Source: Mobula birostris (lineage: Eukaryota). Taken from it: a DNA stretch of 64,000 nt. Made by a program: the position numbers and the translations under genes. Each line of letters starts with the position of its first letter. Positions within the stretch are counted from its first letter, which is position 1. This document shows positions 24,740-36,797 of the stretch, piece by piece. A model generated the notes under the pieces. The model searched no databases. It worked only from the letters and a program-made list of their open reading frames with translations, and was not told where the DNA came from. Location: the NCBI RefSeq assembly GCF_030028105.1, contig NC_092390.1:16214507-16278506 (forward strand). Reading direction: 5' to 3'.

Positions 24740-25135
24740 TATTCCCTGGAGCGTAGAAGAATGAGGAGAGATTTGATAGAGGTATATAAAATTATGATGG
24801 GTATAGATAGAGTGAATGCAAGCAGGCTTTTTCCACTGAGGCAAGGGGAGAAAAAAACCAGAGGACATGGGTTTAGGGTGAGGGGGGAAAAGTTTAAAGG
24901 GAACATTGGGGGGGCTTCTTCACACAGAGAGTGGTGGGAGTATGGAATGAGCTGCCGGACGAGGTGGTAAATGCGGATTCTTTTTTAACATTTAAGAATA
25001 AATTGGACAGATACATGGATGGGAGGTGTATGGAGGGATATGATCCGTGTGCAGGTCAGTGGGACTAGGCAGAAAATGGTTCGGCACAGCCAAGAAGGGC
25101 CAAAAGGCCTGTTTCTGTGCTGTGGTTTCTATGGT
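24740..25135 (+). mobile_element. CR1 3' fragment (other CR1 3' fragments at about 470-660, 2420-2760, 13330-13740, 19480-20230, 22880-23250, 41650-41995, 47105-47520, 48090-48510, 50345-50790, 56120-56640, 61080-61600)
   Basis: MRRDLIEVYKIMMGIDRV..TRGH motif and conserved 3' UTR. Confidence 0.8.
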
Positions 25136-25149
25136 TTCTTCTGGTCCAT

Positions 25150-25780
25150 TTCTTTCTGGTCCAAAATATTGTATGTAGCCCTATGTAACTTCCATCGTAG
25201 GTGCTTATATATCTTAACTCGTTCACATTTGCTCCTACCCACAAACATACTTATCCAATCCCTATGTACTTACTTACTTCATTTTATCATATTTTTTTCC
25301 TTTCCCAAATCTTTTCCTTTACTTGTGTTAATTCCCCGTTTTCCAAAAAAGAATATTAAATATTCGAAGCAAGGGTGCTTACGCTAACACTATTACTATG
25401 TTGATGAGGAAAGCAGTATGAACCATTAGGAGAGTCATCTAAAGTCTGCTCGCTTTGGGGTTATAAATTCAATCCATTTATTCCAAATTTGATAAAAATT
25501 TTTCTTTTTGAATTCTCAGAGAGTAAGTCATCTTTTCCATTTTAAATATTTCTAAAATGATTTCATGCCAATCTTCTAATGTAGGTGATACTGGATTTAG
25601 CCACTTTCTGGTGATTGATTTCTTACTTGCCGCTAAAAGGGCCTGAAGCAGCTTTATATCTTTCTTCTGTTCAAGAAACAATACATGCCCCAAATACAGT
25701 CACAAAGTTCAGAGGTATCTGGGTCTTAAATACCTTCCCAATATAAACTTAATTTTGGGCAATCCCAAAAAAAATGGAAA
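25150..25780 (-). mobile_element. L1/Tx1-clade LINE 3' end
   Basis: LLAASKKSITRKW..PTLEDW..IFKMEKMTY, followed by an AT-rich 3' UTR. Confidence 0.75.
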
Positions 25781-26114
25781 TATTGGCCTCATCTCAAATA
25801 ATAATGAGGCAGCCTACAGAGAAGAAGTCATCACCTTGACATAGTGGTATCAAGAAAACAACCTTTCCCTCAATGTCGCAAAAACAAAGGAGCTGGTTGT
25901 GGACTACAGGAGGAATGGAGACGGGTTAACCCCTATTGACATCAATGGATCTGGGGTTGAGAGGGTGAACGGCTGGAATAGAACCCAGGACGTTGGCACT
26001 AGCCGCTGCACTACCGCACTTCCTTGCCCTGATATGCCTTGCCTCTGTTGATAACTGAAAAATCTGAGAGTCTGTGCTGAGATATTACATAAATCACAGG
26101 TTGCTTTCAGTATA

Positions 26115-27866
26115 TCAGGAAGGTTGGATGTCCAGTCCTTATATACTTCCATCCCCCATCAGGAAGGTCTCAAAGCTCTACACTTCTTTCTGGATTCCAG
26201 ACCTAATCAGTTCCCCTCTACCACCACTCTGCTCCGTCTATCGGAATTAGTCCTTACTCTTAATAATTTCTCCTTTGGCTCCTCCCACTTCCTCCAAACT
26301 AAAGGTGTAGCTATGGGCACCCGTATGGGTCCTAGCTATGCCTGCCTTTTTGTTGGGTTTGTGGAACAATCTATGTTCCGTGCCTATTCTGGTATCTGTC
26401 CCCCACTTTTCCTTCGCTACATCGACGACTGCATTGGCGCTGCTTCCTGCATGCACGCAGAACTCGTTGACTTTATTAACTTTGCCTCCAACTTTCACCC
26501 TGCCCTCAAGTTTACCTGGTCCATTTCCGACACCTCCCTTTCTAGATCTTTCTGTCGCTGTCTCTGGAGACAGCTTATCCACTGATGTCTACTATAAGCC
26601 ACTGACTCTCACAGCTATCTGGACTATTCTTCTTCTCACCCTGTCTCTTGCAAAAACGCCATCCCCTTCTCACAATTCCTCCGTCTCCGCCGCATCTGCT
26701 CTCAGGATGAGGCTTTTCATTCTAGGACGAGGGAGATGTCTTCCTTTTTTAAAGAAAGGGGCTTCCCTTCCTCCACTATCAACTCTGCTCTTAAACACAT
26801 CTCCCCCATTTCACGTACATCTGCTCTCACTCCATCCTCCCGCCACCCCACTAGGAATAGGGTTCCCCTGGTCCTCACCTACCACCCCACCAGCCTCCGA
26901 ACATATTATTCTCCGTAACTTCCGCCACCTCCAACGGGATCCCACCACTAAGCACATCTTTTCCTCCTCCCCCCCCCCCCCCACATTCCGCAGGGATCGC
27001 TCCCTACGCAACTCCCTTGTCCATTCGTCCCCCCCATCCCTCCCCACTGATCTCCCTCCTGGCACTTATCCGTGTAAGCGGAACAAGTGCTACACATGCC
27101 CTTACACTTCCTCCCTCACCACCATTCAGGGCCCCAAACAGTCCTTCCAGGTGAGGCGACACTTCACCTGTGAGTCGGCTGGGGTGATATACTGCGTCCG
27201 GTGCTCCCGATGTGGCCTTTTATATATTGGCGAGACCCGACGCAGACTGGGAGACCGCTTTGCTGAACATCTACGCTCTGTCCGCCAGAGAAAGCAGGAT
27301 CTCCCAGTGGCCACACATTTTAATTCCACATTCCATTCCCATTCTGACATGTCTATCCACGGCCTCCTCTACTGTAAAGATGAAGCCACACTCAGGTTGG
27401 AGGAACAACACCTTATATTCCGTCTGGGTAGCCTCCAACCTGATGGCATGAACATCGACTTCTCTAACTTCCGCTAATGCCCCACCTCCTCCTTGTACCC
27501 CATCTGTTACTTATTTTTATACACACATTCTTTCTCTCACTCTCCTTTTTCTCCCTCTGTCCCTCTGAATATACCCCTTGCCCATCCTCTGGGCCCCCCC
27601 CTTGTCTTTCTTCCCGGACCTCCTGTCCCATGATCCTCTCGTATCCCTTTTGCCAATCACCTGTCCAGCTCTTGGCTCCATCCCACCCCCTCCTGTCTTC
27701 TCCTATCATTTTGGATCTCCCCCTCCCCCTCCAACTTTCAAATCCCTTACTCACTCTTCCTTCAGTTAGTCCTGACGAAGGGTCTCGGCCTGAAACATCG
27801 ACTGTACCTCTTCCTACAGATGCTGCCTGGCCTGCTGCGTTCACCAGCAACTTTTATGTGTGTTGC
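26115..27866 (+). mobile_element. Penelope-like retroelement (Neptune-type), 5'-truncated, frameshifted: RT + GIY-YIG endonuclease + 3' region with hammerhead
   Basis: RT motifs DVQSLYTSIPH, GVAMGTRMGPSYA, LRYIDD. Cys linker PCKRNKCYTC. Endonuclease VIYCVRCSRCGLLYIGET..RFAEH. Perfect 14-bp TSD TTGCTTTCAGTATA (26101-26114, 27867-27880). Confidence 0.93.
27767..27804 (+). ncRNA. Hammerhead motif of the long Penelope-like copy, stem III mutated (ACAU)
   Basis: TAGTC CTGACGA A GGGTCTCGGCCT GAAACATC GACTG. The G-to-A change breaks the ACGU palindrome. Confidence 0.7.
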
Positions 27867-27984
27867 TTGCTTTCAGTATAATTCACTGTACCGTGGAACT
27901 GCCTCTCCATTGAGAAGTCCTGGCCACGAGACAGCGACAGTAAACACACTTACTGAACGTGGAACACCGAAACCCGGTACCCAC

Positions 27985-28158
27985 CTGCTGGTACCACACC
28001 TGGGCTGTCTTCACACCGGCCCCCCAGATGTTGGCAAAAACCTCCAGCACAGACACGCTGTCGCTGATGTAGTCCAGCTTGCGCAGGTGCCCAGTTTCCA
28101 GGATCTCCCAAATCTTCTCGGCCATACGCTTGCTGATTCCTGGGATCTGACAGGCTTC
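27985..28158 (-). CDS. POLL: POLL exon, 8-kDa lyase HhH and fingers: [43 protein letters not shown]
   Basis: tttccgtag| acceptor and CAG|gtgggt donor, 174 nt, phase 0-0. K312 equivalent (AEK) is retained. Confidence 0.97.
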
Positions 28159-28549
28159 CTACGGAAAGTGAGAAGGCTGGCTCAAGACCACACAAGTGGC
28201 AGATTTTTAGATGAGATTTAGAAAAACACAAGAAGCAGATCATAAATAGATCACTGCTCCTTCACTATCACTGGGTCTGAAGCCTGGAACTGTGCTTAGA
28301 CCCAGTGAACAGAGTGAGGGTCTGTGTTCAGTCCCTCTACAGCACTGCAGGGACACCCTCATCACTAGGACTGAAGTAGTTAGCCCTCACCAGGGGCTGA
28401 TAGGAGCGGGCAATGAATGCTGGCCTGGACGTGATCTCCTGTGGCTCTACAAGCAGTTAATACAAGGAAAAGCACTAATTCCCACCGCAAGAGCAGGAAA
28501 AGGAGAGACCTTGATGTCAGTTCAACAGGAGAATTGTCATAGAAAACAA

Positions 28550-31460
28550 CAGCACAGAAACAGGCCTTTTGGCCCATCTAGTCCATGCTGAACCATTTAA
28601 ACTGCCTCATCCCATTGACCTGCACCCAGTCCATAGCCTTCCATTCTCCTACCATCCATGTACCTGTCCAAACCTCTCTTAAATGTTGAAATCAAGCTTG
28701 CATGCACCACTTGTGTTGGCAGCTTGTTTCATACTTTCACAACCCTCTGAGTAAAGAAGTTTCCCTTAAGTGTTTCACCTTTCATCCTTTACCCGCATGA
28801 CCTCTAGTTGTAATCTCACCCAGCCTCAGTAGAAAAAGCCTGCTTGCATTTACCCTATCTATACCCCTCATAATTTTGTATACCTCTATCATATCTTCTC
28901 TCAATCCCCTATACTCGAGGGAATAAAGTTCTAACTATTCAATCTTTCCCTATAACTCAAGTCCTCAAGTCCTGGCAACATCCTTGTAAATTTTATCTGC
29001 ACTCTTTCAATCTTATGTCTTTCCTGTAGGTTGGTGACCAAGACAGCACACAATACTCCAAATTACGTGTCACCAACATTTTACACAACTTCAACATAAC
29101 ATCCCATCTCCTGTACTCAATAAACACACATCAAAGTTGCTGGTGAACGCAGCAGGCCAGGCAGCATCTCTAGGAAGAGGTACAGTCGACGTTTCAGGCC
29201 GAGACCGTTCATCCTGACGAAGGGTCTCGGCCTGAAACGTCGACTGTACCTCTTCCTAGAGATGCTGCCTGGCCTGCTGTGTTCACCAGCAACTTTGATG
29301 TGTGTTGCCTGAATTTCCAGCATCTGCAGATTTCCTCGTGTTTGCGTCCTGTACTCAATACTTTGATTTATGAAGGCCAATGTACCAAAAGCTTTCTTTA
29401 TGACCCTATCTACATGTGACGTCACTTTCCATGAATTATGGATCTGTAGTCACAGGTCCCTCTGTTCCACTGCACTCCTCAGTGCCCTACCGTTCACTGT
29501 GTAAGACCTACCCAGGTTGGTCTTCCCAAAGTGCCACACCTCAGACGTGACTGCATTAAACTCCATCTGCCATTTTCCAGCCCATTTTCCCAGCTGGTTC
29601 AGTTTCCGCTGCAAGCTTTGATAGTCTTCCTCGCTGTCCACTACACCCACAATCTTGGTGTCATCCGCAAATTTGATGGTTCAGTTAACCACATTATCAT
29701 CCAGATCATTGATATAGATGACAAACAACAAGGACCCAGCACCGATCCCTGTAGCACTGCACTAGTCACAGGCCTCCAGTCAGAGAAGCAGCCATCTAGT
29801 ACCACTCTCTGGCTTCTTCTGCAAAGCCAATCTCTAATCCAATTTACCACCTCATCTTGAATGTCGAGCAACTGCACCTTCTTGATCAGCCTCCCAGGTG
29901 GGACCTTGTCAAATGCTTTGCTATACTCCCTGTAGACAACATCCACTGCTTTGCCTTCATCAACTTTCTGGGCACCTTCTCCGAAAAACTCCATAAGATT
30001 GGTTAGACACAACCTACCACGCATAAAGCCGACTATCCCTAATGAGTCCTTGTCTATCCAAATACTCACATATCCAGTCCCTTAGAATACTTTATAATAA
30101 CTTCACCACTACTGATGTATGGCTCACCAGCCTACAATTTCCTGGTTTATTCTTAGAGCTGACAGCAAAACAACATTAGCTTACCCTGTAGCACCTGTCG
30201 CTAAGGATGATTTAAATATCTCTGCTAGCATCACTGCAATTTCGACACTTGCCTCTCTCAGGGTCTGAGAGAGCACCTGGTCAGGTCCTGGGGTGTCCAC
30301 CCTAATTTGCCTCAAGAGAACAACTACGTCCTCCTGTGTAATCTGTAGTCCAGGATTTCGCTGCTGCTTTGCCTCACTTCTATAGGCTCTGTGCTATTTC
30401 CCGAGTAAATACAGATGCGAAAAAATTCAATTAAGATCTCCTGCACCTCGTTTGGCTCCACACATGGATTACCACCCTGATCTTCCACAGGACCAATTTT
30501 GTCCCTTGCTATCCTTTCGCTCTTAACATATCTGTAGAATTCCTTAGCATTCTCCTTCACCTTGTCTGCTAGAACAACCTTCTATCTTCTTTTAGCCTTC
30601 CTGATTTCTTTCTTAGATGTTCCCTTGCACTTCTTATACCGCATTTGTTCCTACCTGCCTACACCTGCTATGCGCCTCCTTTGTTTTCCTTAACCAGGGC
30701 CTCAATAGCTCTTGAAAACCAAGATTCCTTAAGCCTATTATCCTTGCCTTTCATTCTGACAGACACATACGAGCTCTGTACTCTCAAAGTCTCAATTTTG
30801 AAGGCCTCCCACTTACCAAGTACACCTTTGCCAGGAAACAACCTGTCCCAATTCACACTTGCCAGTTCCTTTCTGATACCATCAAAATTTCTCCAATTTA
30901 GAATCTTAAATCGAGGTCTAGACCTATCCCTCTCCATAATTACCTTGAAATTAATGGCATTATGATCACTGGATGCAAAGTGTCACCCACCCTGTCTCAT
31001 TCCCTAATAGAAGATGAAGTATTGGACACTCTCTCATCGAAACTTCTATGTACTGATTAAGGAAATTTTCCTGAACGCAGTATGGGACTCCCAGTCAATA
31101 TGTGGAAAATTAAAATCACCTACTATCACAACCTTATGTTTCTTGCAACAGTCTGCGATCTCTCTACAAACTTGCTCCTTTAAGTCCTGCGGACCTTTGA
31201 GTGTCTATAATATGGCCCCATTAACGTCGTCATAGCTTTCTTATTCCTCAGTTCCACCCATAAAGCCTCATTAGACGAGTTCTCCAGTCTACCTTGACTG
31301 AGCACTACCATGACATTTTCCCTGACTAGTAATGCCAGCCCTCCCCCTTTACTCTCTCTCGTTGTATCACGTCTAAAACAGTGGAACCCTGGAATATTGA
31401 GCTGCCAGTCCAGCCCCTCCCGCAACCAAGCCTCACTGAACCTGAGCACATCTGCCTTTC
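28550..31460 (-). mobile_element. Long decayed CR1-type LINE (endonuclease to RT to 3' end)
   Basis: GFMRGRLCLTNLMEFF..VDVVY..SKAFDKVP..VLQGSVLGP; KFADDTK region; CR1 3' end near 28550. Confidence 0.9.
29123..29346. mobile_element. Fold-back (inverted + direct) non-autonomous Penelope-like 3' fragment with hammerhead core, inserted into a CR1
   Basis: About 83-bp near-perfect inverted arms. Core CTGACGA at 29214-29220 and GAAACGTC at 29234-29241. Perfect 14-bp TSD TCCTGTACTCAATA (29109-29122, 29347-29360). Confidence 0.9.
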
Positions 31461-31905
31461 ATTTATTTTATTTATTTATTAAGATACGGCGTGGAACAGG
31501 CCCTTCCGGCTCCTCCAGCTTCCCTGGAAGACAGCCCAGTAATCCAAAAATCTGTTGCCCTCCATCCTACATCAACTCCTTTGCCACATATTAAACTGTA
31601 TGATCTTCCTATTTCTGGCTTCAGTAGCATGTGGCACAGATAGTAATCCTGAGATAACAAACCAGAATGTCCTAACCTTTAACTTAGGATCTAACTCCCT
31701 GAACTCACTTTGCAGAACCTTGTCCCTCTTCCTACCTATGTCATTGGTATCTAAATGGACTATGACCTCTGCTGCTCACCCCCCTCCCACTTAAGCATGC
31801 TGAGGACTCATCCAAGATTAAAGGACCCTGGCATTCAGGAGGTAATATACTATTGAAAAAAAAACCTACTACATACAATGATGATTAGTGAGGCACAGAG
31901 AGATC

Positions 31906-32340
31906 TGTATTTACTGACAAGTACCTTTATTGTTTAAACTAATAAGTATGTGAATTCATACACTAAATACCATTCGCTAGGTATCCCTGACTCTCCTGAA
32001 TAGTCAAAGAATAACAAGGGTATTACCCAGGCAAGGGAGTTTACGCTGGCCAGGCGTTCCTTGTTGTCCCGATTCACTCACCACGTGTTTCTCACAGGAT
32101 TGCTTACACTTGTATTTGCGATGGTTATTCTTCGAAGTTACCGCTACCAGCACACACGAAGCATCCACTTTTATATCCATTCCTTATCAATTCAAATATC
32201 GCATTCCAGTGTCATCGGCCACAGGCCATGTGTCTGTCCCTAAACACCTTGTTTTTGGCTCTGTTCCAAGCCAGCATCGATTTATTGCTCTCTTCCCATC
32301 AAGTGACAGTCGATAACTTATGGCTCTTTGCTCTCAATCA
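31906..32340 (-). mobile_element. Possible solo LTR
   Basis: TG..CA ends. On minus there is a TATA-like GATATAAAAG and AATAAA 20 nt before the terminal AAATACA. No TSD found. Confidence 0.35.
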
Positions 32341-32719
32341 GCAATGAGCTCCAATCACTTCAGGCAGGCATCAACCCCAACATTCACAAACCTGCGTGTT
32401 ATAGCCAACCAAGGAACATCCCACAAATAACTTCTTATTTGGAAATGATCTTCAGTCCAGCAGATTACCTGAAGAATCATCGTGTCTTCTTTAAAACATT
32501 GATCAAGCCCAACATGTCAAGCTCACAAAATGGAGAACAGAGTGTCTTCACAAAATGGCAGCCTCCATCCCCAAGCATGTGGCAAGAACAAAGACAATTA
32601 GTCTGGGTGTTTCCACTGTCCTTGATTCATTTGAATTCACTGAGTTGTAGATTGTCATTCTTTCTGGCCAACAATACCATCCAGGAATCTTGATTTCAAC
32701 CACAGAGTCTCCTTTCTGT

Positions 32720-33480
32720 TCCTCTAACTAATGAATTCCCTATCACCACAGCTTGCCTCTTCTCTCCTCTTCCCTCTGAGCCACAGTGCACAGTGCCAGA
32801 GACCTGACTGCTGTGACACTCCTCTCCGAGGTCAAACCCCCAACAGTATGCAAAGGGTTGAGGGGGATAGCCACAGGGGTAGTCTGCACTGGCTGTTTAA
32901 CCCTTTTCACCCGTCCTGACTGTCATCCAGTTTCCTGTGTGCTACACCTTAGATGTAACTACCTCTTTATATGTCCTATCACCCCTTCAGCCTCCCAATT
33001 GATCTGGAGTTCATCCATTTCCAGCTCCAACTCCTTAACACAGAGTATTAGAGGCTGCAGCTGGATGCACTTCTTGCAGGTGACGTTGCCAAGGACACTG
33101 GAGGTCTCCCTGTCTTCCCACAACACACAAGAGAGTATTCAACTATCTTGCTTGGCGTCCAACTGCTCTAACTGTGCAACTATTAAGAAGGAAACAATAA
33201 ATAAACTGGAAAAAAACATACCTACAGTTTTTCAGCTCTCTCACTCAAACCTCTCCACACTAGGCTCAAAGAGCTAAAGCCTCAAATCCCTACTCTAGCA
33301 ATGGCTGCTCCACCTGCCCCTGCCTTATTCTTATTGCCCTTGCTAATGAATTCCAGTCTCAGACTGGCTGCGAAACTCCCGCAAAGCACTGCTTTTTAAT
33401 GCACACTCACCAACCTCTGAACTACGCTGTGTGAGTTTTGTATCTCCATCCGCTTGAGCATTAGGTTAAGCTTACAGTCG
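32720..33480 (-). mobile_element. CR1 5' region / ORF1 N-terminus remnant
   Basis: Minus strand reads KCIQLQPLILCVKELELEMDELQI, typical of a CR1 ORF1 zinc-finger/coiled-coil start. Confidence 0.6.
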
Positions 33481-33633
33481 AGTTTTATTGTCCTGTGCAC
33501 ATGTTCATGTATACACAGGTGCAATGAAAACTTACAGCAGTAAAAGAGGCACATGGGATCAGATAAGCAACATTTACAAGAAAAACATAAATTATACAGT
33601 TTTTACAAGAAAACACAATTAGAACAAAAAAAT

Positions 33634-33782
33634 CACAAACAAGAGCAAATCTGCAGATGCAGGAAATCCAAGCAACACACACAAAATGCTGGGGGAACTC
33701 AGCAGGCCAGGCAGCATCTATGGAAAAGAGTAAACAGCCGACGTTTCAGGCCAAACAATTCCAACATTTTGTGCGTGTTGTC
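33634..33782. mobile_element. Composite mini-insertion of a sister Penelope-like subfamily
   Basis: Tail + body on minus, short opposite arm at right. Flanked by TTAGAAC(A)6-7T, a 14-bp repeat with one homopolymer slip (33619-33633, 33783-33796). Confidence 0.75.
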
Positions 33783-33828
33783 TTAGAACAAAAAATATTC
33801 ATTTTAGTGGAAGGTGGCGAAAGTATCA

Positions 33829-34250
33829 TAAACACAAGAGATCCTGCAGATGCTGGAAATCCAGAGCAACACGCACAAAATGGGAAAACGCGGCAGGTCA
33901 GGCAGCATCCATGGAAGGAAATGAACAGTTGACTTTTCTGGCCAAGACCTTCCTTCAGGACTGGAAAAGAATGGGGGAAGAAGGCAGAATAAAAAGGTGG
34001 GGGGAGCGGAGGGAGGATAGTTAGAAGGTGATGTGAAGCCAGATACGTGGGGAGGCAAAGGGCTAGAGAGGAAAGAATCTGATAGAAGAGGAGAGTGGGC
34101 CACTGGAGAAAGAGGGGGGGGGGACCCAGGGAGATGTGATAGGCGGGTGAGGAGAGGTAAGAGGCCGGAGTGCAGAATAGGAGAAGAGGGGAAGGGGAAA
34201 GAAAGCTATTTTTACTGGACGGAGAAATCGATATTCATGCCATCAGAATC
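33829..34250 (-). mobile_element. Older Penelope-like 3' fragment (purine-rich 3' region, degenerate hammerhead)
   Basis: Same tail and body, ending at the end of the GIY-YIG coding region (GATATTCATGCCATCAG). Confidence 0.7.
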
Positions 34251-34459
34251 TTATTTTGGTGTGATTGGCAAGAAAAACCACTGGACTCTGTAATGGGGTG
34301 ACAGATCCCGTGAATGAATAGATAAAAACAAACTGAAAGAAGAGGCTAGTGGCTTAAGTTAGAATTGAGGCAGAATCTTTCTTTAGAGCATCTGCCCTTT
34401 CCTTGGTTAACCCTTTCAGCTACCCCACCTTCACCACAAACTCATCCTTTCATTCTCTC

Positions 34460-34574
34460 CAACAACTGAAATGTTGACTGTACCTCTTCCTACAAATGCT
34501 GCCTGGCCTGCTGTGTTCACCAGCAACTTTTATGTGTGTTGCTTGAAATTCCAGCGTCTGCAGATTTCCTTGTG
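34460..34574 (+). mobile_element. Penelope-like 3' mini-copy starting inside the hammerhead
   Basis: CAACAAC then TGAAATGTTGACTGTACC..tail. Flanks C(T/C)TTCATTCTCTC are duplicated (34447-34459, 34575-34587). Confidence 0.7.
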
Positions 34575-34819
34575 CCTTCATTCTCTCTTCTCTTTTTTCC
34601 CTTAAATCTTTGGCCTAAAATGTTACTTGTTTTTCTCTCCCCTTAGGAGCTGCCTGAACTGCCGATGCTTGCCTGTGCTTTTGGTTTTTCTCTCAGGTTT
34701 CCAGCATCTGCAGAACATTTTCCTCTTTTCAGGTTCCATCATTTCCCGCCAGGTCTGGTCAGAACATTATCCCCAAACAGAAGTTCCCTTGTAACAACGA
34801 AGATGCCCACCATCTGGGC

Positions 34820-35935
34820 CATGCTATCTTCAAAGTTCAAAATTTAAAGTAATTTTATTATCAAAGTACATATATACAACCCTGAGATTAATTTTCTCAT
34901 GGGCATTCACAGTAATTACAAAGAAATGCAATAGAATCAGTGACAGACCACACCCAAGAGGACGGACAACAACCAATGTGCAAAGAATAAAAACAAATTG
35001 TGCAAATACAAAATGAAAAGAAAAAGGTAACAAAATAATAAAAAATAAATAAATGATAAATATTGAGAACATGAGATGAAGAATCCTTGAAAGTGAGTCC
35101 TTAGGTTGAGGGTGCAGTTCAGTGGTGGGGTAACTGAAGTTGAGTGAAGTTATCCCCTTTGGTTCAGGAGCCTGATGGCTGAGAGGTAATAACTGTTCCT
35201 GAACCTGGTGATGTTGGTCCTGAGGCTCCTGTACCTTCTTCCTGATGGCAGTAGTGAGAAGAGAACATGGCCTGGATGGTGGGGGTCCTTGATGATGGCT
35301 ACTGCTTTCCTGTGACAACGCTCCGTGTAAGTGTGCTTAATGGTGGGGAGGGCTTTATCTGTGTTAGAGGATTTTCCGAACAAGGACGTTGATGCTTCCA
35401 CGCCAGGCCATGATGCCACCAGTCAATATACTCTCCACCACACACCTATAGAAGTTTGTCAAAGTTTTACATGACATATCAAATCTCTGCAAACTCCTCA
35501 GAAAGTAGAGGTGCTGCCATGTCTTCTTTGTAAGGGCACTTGCATGCTGGACCTAGAACAGGTCCTCTGAAATGATAACATCAAGGAATTCAAAGTTGCT
35601 GACCCTCTTCACATCTGATGCTCTGATGAGGACTATCCTCCCATTAGTGCATACACCTCCGGTTTCCCCCTCCTGAAGTCAATAATTATCTCCTTGGCCT
35701 TGCTGACATTGAGTGAGTGGGTGTATGCGTCTTCGCTACCCAGGTGTTCCACAAATGACTGAAGAGCCAACGAAATGGCATCTGCAGTTGACCTGTTGTG
35801 ATGGTAGGCAAATTGGAGTGGATCCAAGCTGCTTCTCAGGCAGATGTTTCATCACCAGCTTCTCAAAGCACTTCATCACAGTGGATGTAAATACTAGTGC
35901 ATAATAGTCATTAAGACAGGTTACCACATACTTCT
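34820..35935 (-). mobile_element. Rex1/Babar-type LINE fragment (others at about 15835-16790 +, 23790-24470 +, 25785-25975 +, 42190-43105 -, 43120-43930 +, 43935-44330 -, 56900-57330 +, 61590-62250 +)
   Basis: MDPLQFAY..NRSTADAISLAL, LFIDYSSAFNTI, KTKELI.D..R motifs. 3' tail ATAATAAATTTACTTTGAACTTTGAA. Confidence 0.8.
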
Positions 35936-36274
35936 TACAGTATCAGGCAGGAGGTACAGAATCCTGAAGTCCCATACCACCAGGTTGAAGAACAACTACT
36001 TTCCTTCAACCATTCAGTTCTTGAACCAACCTGCACAATTTTAATCACTGTGGGCGACTCTTTACACTATAATGAACTTCACTTTTTTGTTGTTCCACTG
36101 GTGTTCTTTCGTGTGTAATTTATGTTGAATTTATGCTTTCCTTGAGAATGCTGCTTATCTGATGTCATGTACCTGCAATGCTACTGCAAGTAAGTTTTTC
36201 ATTGCACCTGTCCATACATATACATGTGCAGATGGTAACAGACACCACCATACACGTTATAAACCTGTCACACA

Positions 36275-36610
36275 GACAGCAGTACGGTTAGTGTAACACT
36301 TTACACTGCCAGCGATCACCAATTGGGTTTCAATTACCACCGCTATCTGCAATGAATTTGTATGTTCAATTACCACCGCTCTCTGCGATGAGTTTGTATG
36401 ATCTCCCTGTGGCCGTGTGGGTTTCCTCCGGGTGCTCCGGTTTCTTCCCACATTCCTAAGATGTACAGCATAGGGTTAGTAAGTTGTGGGCATGCTGTGT
36501 TGGCACCGGAAACATGGCGACACTTGCAGGCGGCCCCCAGCGCATCCTCCGGTTGTGTTGTTGCAAATGACATATTTCACATGCGACAAATGAAGTCAAT
36601 CGTTAAATAA
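36275..36610 (+). mobile_element. V-SINE (HE1-like) with a 36-bp internal tandem duplication (other copies at about 5630-5820, 9490-9720, 11510-11775, 16970-17230, 21800-22010, 40370-40660, 41130-41400, 46830-47050, 50820-51930, 58020-58190, 62580-62890)
   Basis: V-domain GTGGGTTTCCTCCGGGTGCTCCGGTTTCTTCCCACA and a tRNA-like head. Confidence 0.8.
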
Positions 36611-36797
36611 ACTCTTCTCGGTCTTACAGCCAGGTACAGGTATCCATTATAACAGATTAAAATGATACCTGTATCTGGCTGGAAGCCTGCAAAGAATTTA
36701 TTCATCATATACGCCGGGAAAGCACTAGATACTTTTTCCAATCATTAAATCTTTAAAAACTTGACTATGTTTTATGGAAGAGGTGATAATGTCTTAC

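Noticed and set aside
26338-27477. 379-aa ORF as an intact novel gene
   Set aside because: It is the out-of-frame RT region fused by small deletions to the in-frame GIY-YIG domain of a dead Penelope-like copy.
27464-27881. Recurrent ORFs such as MLVNAAGQAASLGRG.. and ..VSPDEGSRPETSTVPLP.. (also 8511-8799, 50851-51831)
   Set aside because: These are translations of the non-coding purine/pyrimidine-rich 3' region and hammerhead of the repeat. Recurrence reflects repeat copy number, not a protein family.
29123-29346. CRISPR-like or tRNA-like repeat array
   Set aside because: These are dispersed and inverted retroelement ends in a eukaryotic intron; there is no repeat-spacer periodicity and no cas genes.
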